Source: an uncultured Negativicutes bacterium (GTDB taxonomy: Bacteria > Bacillota > Negativicutes > JBAXTZ01). From it: a stretch of 64,000 bases of DNA. Of the stretch, positions 59,681 through 64,000 are shown piece after piece. A program made the translations under genes and the position numbers. The notes under the pieces are model-generated. The model did no database searches. It saw nothing but the letters and a program-made list of their open reading frames with translations, and was not told the origin of the DNA. How positions within the stretch are numbered: the first letter of the stretch is position 1; every line of letters starts with the position of its first letter. The stretch covers positions 1-64,000 of the forward strand of contig CAVRJL010000006.1 in assembly GCA_963721525.1 (NCBI GenBank). The letters run 5' to 3'.

Positions 59681-60967
59681 TTGAAAAGAAAGATAGGTGT
59701 AAATAATTTGATAAATAATTTTCATTTTTCGCAAAAATTAAATAAACTACATAGACAAGCAATAAAAATAAGTAATGAAAAGACACAAGAATTTTTTCAT
59801 AATTCTACAATAAATACTGGCAAGGTTTTACAAGCTTTTCGCAACCAACGCGTAAGTGAAAGTGATTTTAAAACTACTACTGGGTATGGATATAATGATT
59901 ATGGGCGTGATAAACTTGACAAAATATGGGCTGAAATTTGTAAAGCAGAAGCTGCAATTTATAGAACACAATTTGTCTCAGGTACGCATGCCTTATCAAC
60001 AGTATTATACGGCATATTAAGACCAGGAGATGAGTTAGTATCCCTTACTGGTACTCCTTATGATACTATTTTAAAGGTAATAGGAGTAGACTCAACAATT
60101 GGGTCTTTATTAGAATTTAGTATTAAATATAATGAAGTGAATTGTATTTTAGAAAAAAGTTTAGATCTGAATATAATAAAAAAAGAATTAAAAAATAGAA
60201 AAATTAAAATGGTATTCGTTCAACGTTCAAGAGGATATTCATCTAGAAGAAGTTTATCTATTTCTGAAATTGAAAAAATTTGTCTTACAGTAAAAAAAAT
60301 ATCACCTGATACCATAATATTTGTTGATAATTGTTATGGCGAATTTACTGAAGAGAAGGAGCCTATAGAGATAGGAGCAGATATTATCGCTGGTTCTTTA
60401 TTAAAAAATCCTGGAGGTGGTCTTGTAAATTGCGGTGGATATATTTCAGGGAAAAAACATTTAGTAGATCTGGCTGCAAATCGTTTAACCGCCCCAGGAT
60501 TAGGCTCACATGTAGGAGCATCTCTATTCGACAATAAATATATGTATCAAGGATTATTTATGGCTCCACATAGTGTTTTTCAAGCTTTAAGAAGCATATG
60601 CTATGCAGCAGCTCTATTTAATCTAGCTGAATTTCATACTAACCCTTGGTATAATGAACGCCGTTGCGACATCATTCAATCAATAGCACTAAAAACAGCT
60701 AAAAATGTTAAGGCATTTTGTAAAGGTTTGCAAAAATATTCTCCTGTAGATTCTTTTGTTATTCCTGAACCATGGGATATTCCTGGATATTGTGATAAGA
60801 TAATTATGGCAGCAGGTACTTTTGTACAAGGATCTTCAATTGAAATAAGTGCAGATGCACCTATGAAAAGTCCGTATATACTATTTTTACAAGGAGGAAT
60901 AATCTTTGAACATAGCATTATTGCTATTTTGGGAGCATTAGAAGAAATTATCAACTTGAATAGGTAA
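59681..60967 (+). CDS. Methionine gamma-lyase family / aluminium-resistance protein (YnbB-like, PLP-dependent)
   Basis: TGYGYNDYGRD, VSGTHA, QRSRGY, DNCYGEF, GSLLKNPGGG and SIEISADAP motifs. Confidence 0.9.
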   Translation: MKRKIGVNNLINNFHFSQKLNKLHRQAIKISNEKTQEFFHNSTINTGKVLQAFRNQRVSESDFKTTTGYGYNDYGRDKLDKIWAEICKAEAAIYRTQFVSGTHALSTVLYGILRPGDELVSLTGTPYDTILKVIGVDSTIGSLLEFSIKYNEVNCILEKSLDLNIIKKELKNRKIKMVFVQRSRGYSSRRSLSISEIEKICLTVKKISPDTIIFVDNCYGEFTEEKEPIEIGADIIAGSLLKNPGGGLVNCGGYISGKKHLVDLAANRLTAPGLGSHVGASLFDNKYMYQGLFMAPHSVFQALRSICYAAALFNLAEFHTNPWYNERRCDIIQSIALKTAKNVKAFCKGLQKYSPVDSFVIPEPWDIPGYCDKIIMAAGTFVQGSSIEISADAPMKSPYILFLQGGIIFEHSIIAILGALEEIINLNR

Positions 60968-61091
60968 AATATAATATAATAAATTTTCTTAAAATCTCTT
61001 AGAAAAACTTTCTAAAAGTATAATTAATATTTTCTATAGAGTTTTTATTTTAATGTTATAATGCTCAAAGAAAGCGGGTATTTAATAAATT

Positions 61092-63125
61092 ATGTTATTA
61101 AATAACAAAATATGGCAATTTAATAAGGCTAATACAAAACAAATTGAAAGCTTAAAAAAAATAACAGGATTTAGATATGAAATTTGTCAAATTTTATTTA
61201 ATAGAGGGTATAAAGATATTTCAGCAGTAAATAAATTTATAAAATGTTCTTTAAAGGATTTACACGATCCTTTCGAGTTATATGATATGCATAAAGTAGT
61301 AACACGTATTATTAAAGCGATTAATAATACAGAAAAAATAGTTATTTATGGGGATTATGATGCGGATGGTATAACAGCCACAGTTTTATTAGTTAAAATA
61401 TTACGCTTTTTTGATGCACAAGTTGACTTCTATATTCCGGATAGACAAAGTGAAGGATATGGATTAAACATTTATGCTTTAAATTTTGTTGAAGATGTAA
61501 TGAAAGCAAAACTTATAATAACTGTAGATTGTGGAATAAGTGCTTCAGAAGAGTTAAAAAAGTGGAAGAAAAATATTGATGTAATTATAACTGATCATCA
61601 TAAACCTCCTGAAATTTTACCAAAAAGCTTTGCAATTATTAATCCAAAAATTATTAGTTGTACTTCTAAATTTAAACATTTGTCAGGTGTAGGAATAGCA
61701 TTAAAGTTAGCTCAAGGTATTTGCTCGTATTATAATTCGCATCAATGGAAAAAATTTTTGGACATAACCGCAATTGGAACAGTAGCAGATATGGCTCCGT
61801 TAGTAGATGAGAATAGAATAATTGTAAAATATGGCTTAAAGCAAATGAAAAAAACTAGTAATCTTGGAATAAAAGCATTGTTGAAAGTATGTTCATTATC
61901 TAATAAAAAAGAATATGATACAAAAGATATTGGATATTATCTAGCTCCAAGAATAAATGTAGCAGGAAGATTAAAACATGCAAAATTAGCAATGGAGTTG
62001 CTTTTATCGGATAATTATAAACAAGCTCTATTAATAGCAAAAGATTTAAATGATATTAATAAGGAAAGAAAAAATTATGAACAAAATATTTTTGAAAATG
62101 CTATAGAAAAAATAGAAAAAAGTGATATAAAAAACGATAAAGTAATTGTTTTAGCTAGTAATTGGCATCAAGGAATATTGGGAATAGTAGCATCGAGGCT
62201 TGTTGAAAAATATAATAAAACTGTAATATTAATTAGTATAAATAATAATATCGGTAAAGGTTCTTGTAGAAGTATAAAAAATTTTAATATTTTTACTGCG
62301 CTCACTCGTTGTAAAAATATAATTTTGAAATATGGAGGACATGAATATGCTGCAGGATTAACTATAGATTGTGCTAAAATAGATGAATTACGTGTTAAAT
62401 TAAATAAAATTGCTTCATTGGAATTATCTGATGTTGATTATATTCCGACATATAATATTGATTGTATTTTAGAAGCTGGTAATATAGATTGCGATTTTTT
62501 AAAAGAATTAAAGATGCTCGAACCTTTTGGCGAAAAAAATTCTAAACCTATTTTTGTAACTAGAAATTTAGATTTGAAAAATAAGGAAACATTGAAATAC
62601 GTAGGTAAAAATAAAGCACATTTACAGATAAATTTTAAAATAAAAAATAATAATTTTTATTGTATTTATTGGAATGTACAAAAAAAATATTTATTAAAAT
62701 ATACCTCATCTATTTCGTGTGCTTATATATTAGAATACTTAGAGTGGAATAATATAAAGCGACCTAAATTGATAATTTATGACTTAATAATAGAAGAGCA
62801 ACTTCTGGCACGTAATGAGCTTATTTTAATATATTCTATGTTAAGAAATATTGCTGGAGGAAAGAAGGAAATCTCTTTTAATAAAAACGAACTTATAAAA
62901 ATCGGTAGTAGTGAAAATATAAATCTAAGTTATCTTGGCATAATGATAGGATTAACAATTTTTGAGCAAATAGGATTAATAAAAATCAATAAAATAGAAA
63001 GGGAATGTCAAATAATATTTTCTAATACAAATACAAATAAAAAATTTAATCTTTCAAATTCAATCTTATACAAAATTATAAAAAAACAAAAAGAATTATT
63101 CACTTGTGTAGATAATATATTTTAA
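61092..63125 (+). CDS. recJ: Single-stranded-DNA exonuclease RecJ
   Basis: YGDYDADG, TVDCG, TDHH, GTVAD, PRINVAGR and GGHEYAAG motifs. Confidence 0.95.
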   Translation: MLLNNKIWQFNKANTKQIESLKKITGFRYEICQILFNRGYKDISAVNKFIKCSLKDLHDPFELYDMHKVVTRIIKAINNTEKIVIYGDYDADGITATVLLVKILRFFDAQVDFYIPDRQSEGYGLNIYALNFVEDVMKAKLIITVDCGISASEELKKWKKNIDVIITDHHKPPEILPKSFAIINPKIISCTSKFKHLSGVGIALKLAQGICSYYNSHQWKKFLDITAIGTVADMAPLVDENRIIVKYGLKQMKKTSNLGIKALLKVCSLSNKKEYDTKDIGYYLAPRINVAGRLKHAKLAMELLLSDNYKQALLIAKDLNDINKERKNYEQNIFENAIEKIEKSDIKNDKVIVLASNWHQGILGIVASRLVEKYNKTVILISINNNIGKGSCRSIKNFNIFTALTRCKNIILKYGGHEYAAGLTIDCAKIDELRVKLNKIASLELSDVDYIPTYNIDCILEAGNIDCDFLKELKMLEPFGEKNSKPIFVTRNLDLKNKETLKYVGKNKAHLQINFKIKNNNFYCIYWNVQKKYLLKYTSSISCAYILEYLEWNNIKRPKLIIYDLIIEEQLLARNELILIYSMLRNIAGGKKEISFNKNELIKIGSSENINLSYLGIMIGLTIFEQIGLIKINKIERECQIIFSNTNTNKKFNLSNSILYKIIKKQKELFTCVDNIF

Positions 63126-63165
63126 ATAATATGTTTAATAAAATTTTTGGAGCTTAAAAATTTTC

Positions 63166-63678
63166 ATGAACCTTAAAAATAAAATACGAAAAATCCCTAA
63201 TTTCCCTAGAAAAGGTATTGAATTTTTAGATATTACAACACTGTTGAAAAATTCACAAGCTTTTAAATTTTCTATAAATTCGATCAAAAAAAAATATAGA
63301 AGACAAAAAATAGATATTATAGCTGCTCCCGAAGCAAGAGGTTTTATGGTAGGAGCTCCTATAGCTTACGCGCTAAATGCCGGATTTGTTCCTGTCCGCA
63401 AAAGAGGGAAATTGCCTTTTGAAGTATTTTTTGAAGTATATCAGTTAGAATATGGTCTAGATAGCTTAGAAATTCATAAAGATGCTATTTTGCCTGGGCA
63501 ACGTGTTTTAATTATAGATGATTTATTAGCTACAGGCGGAACAATCAAAGCAGTTGCCAATTTGATAAAAAAGTTGGGAGCAGAAGTAGTAGGAGCAGCT
63601 TTTTTAATTGAGCTTAAATATTTAAATGGACGAGAAACACTAAAAAAATTTGAAATTTTTTCCTTGCTAAAATATTAA
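63166..63678 (+). CDS. apt: Adenine phosphoribosyltransferase
   Basis: PEARGF, RKRGKLP, LEYG and IDDLLATGGT motifs. Confidence 0.97.
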   Translation: MNLKNKIRKIPNFPRKGIEFLDITTLLKNSQAFKFSINSIKKKYRRQKIDIIAAPEARGFMVGAPIAYALNAGFVPVRKRGKLPFEVFFEVYQLEYGLDSLEIHKDAILPGQRVLIIDDLLATGGTIKAVANLIKKLGAEVVGAAFLIELKYLNGRETLKKFEIFSLLKY

Positions 63679-63699
63679 AAAACTTAATTGGCGGATATT

Positions 63700-64000
63700 A
63701 TGTGTACTCCACAAATTACATTTAATGATATTGAAAAACAAATTTCTACTTATCAAGCTAACGCAGATATATCAAAGTTAAAAAAATCATATATATTAGC
63801 TTTAAATGTTCACGACGGACAATTTCGTCAATCAGGTGAACCTTATATTATTCATCCTCTTAATGTAGCAAAAATATTGTCTGCTATGCAATTGGATTTG
63901 GATTGCATAATTGCAGGTTTTTTACATGACATAGTCGAAGATGGCAATTATAGCCTAAGTTCTATAGAGATAGAATTTGGTAGCAATATTGCAAAAATTG
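63700..64000 (+). CDS. relA: Bifunctional (p)ppGpp synthetase/hydrolase Rel, 5' part only
   Basis: H.GQFRQSGEPYIIHP and AGFLHDIVED (HD domain); follows recJ-apt. Confidence 0.92.
   Translation, partial: MCTPQITFNDIEKQISTYQANADISKLKKSYILALNVHDGQFRQSGEPYIIHPLNVAKILSAMQLDLDCIIAGFLHDIVEDGNYSLSSIEIEFGSNIAKI

Noticed and set aside
6572-60954. Many short ORFs antisense to long genes (e.g. 14666-15001, 38099-38476, 43635-44075)
   Set aside because: Each is nested opposite a well-supported gene and has no recognisable motif.

Overview
This is a strongly AT-rich bacterial chromosome segment. Its gene order is Firmicutes-type (addAB, rapZ-yvcK-whiA, rpoZ-metK-priA, recJ-apt-rel) but it also carries bamA, which fits a diderm Firmicute (Negativicutes-like). 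The organism is an anaerobe (hydFEG, rubredoxin, Bcd-EtfAB), and several broken genes point to a reduced, possibly host-associated genome: wecB, tmcAL, the gene after coaD, an NCS1 transporter, an EamA transporter, an etfA fragment and a decayed tRNA. RNA features are a tRNA cluster before tuf, RNase P RNA, a raiA-motif RNA, a c-di-AMP riboswitch, a degenerate SAM-I riboswitch and an unassigned riboswitch-like attenuator before an MFS transporter. The main candidate system is a reductive pyrimidine catabolism operon (hydA, carbamoylase, preA, NCS1, ATP-grasp). Undoing an inferred ~8 kb inversion that separates gmk from rpoZ places pduL and a Kal-like ammonia lyase directly upstream of it, with bcd-etfBA divergent. 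This suggests a pyrimidine to beta-alanine to acrylyl-CoA to propionate fermentation. No CRISPR array, transposase or prophage was seen. All calls come from motif recognition by eye; no database searches were run.
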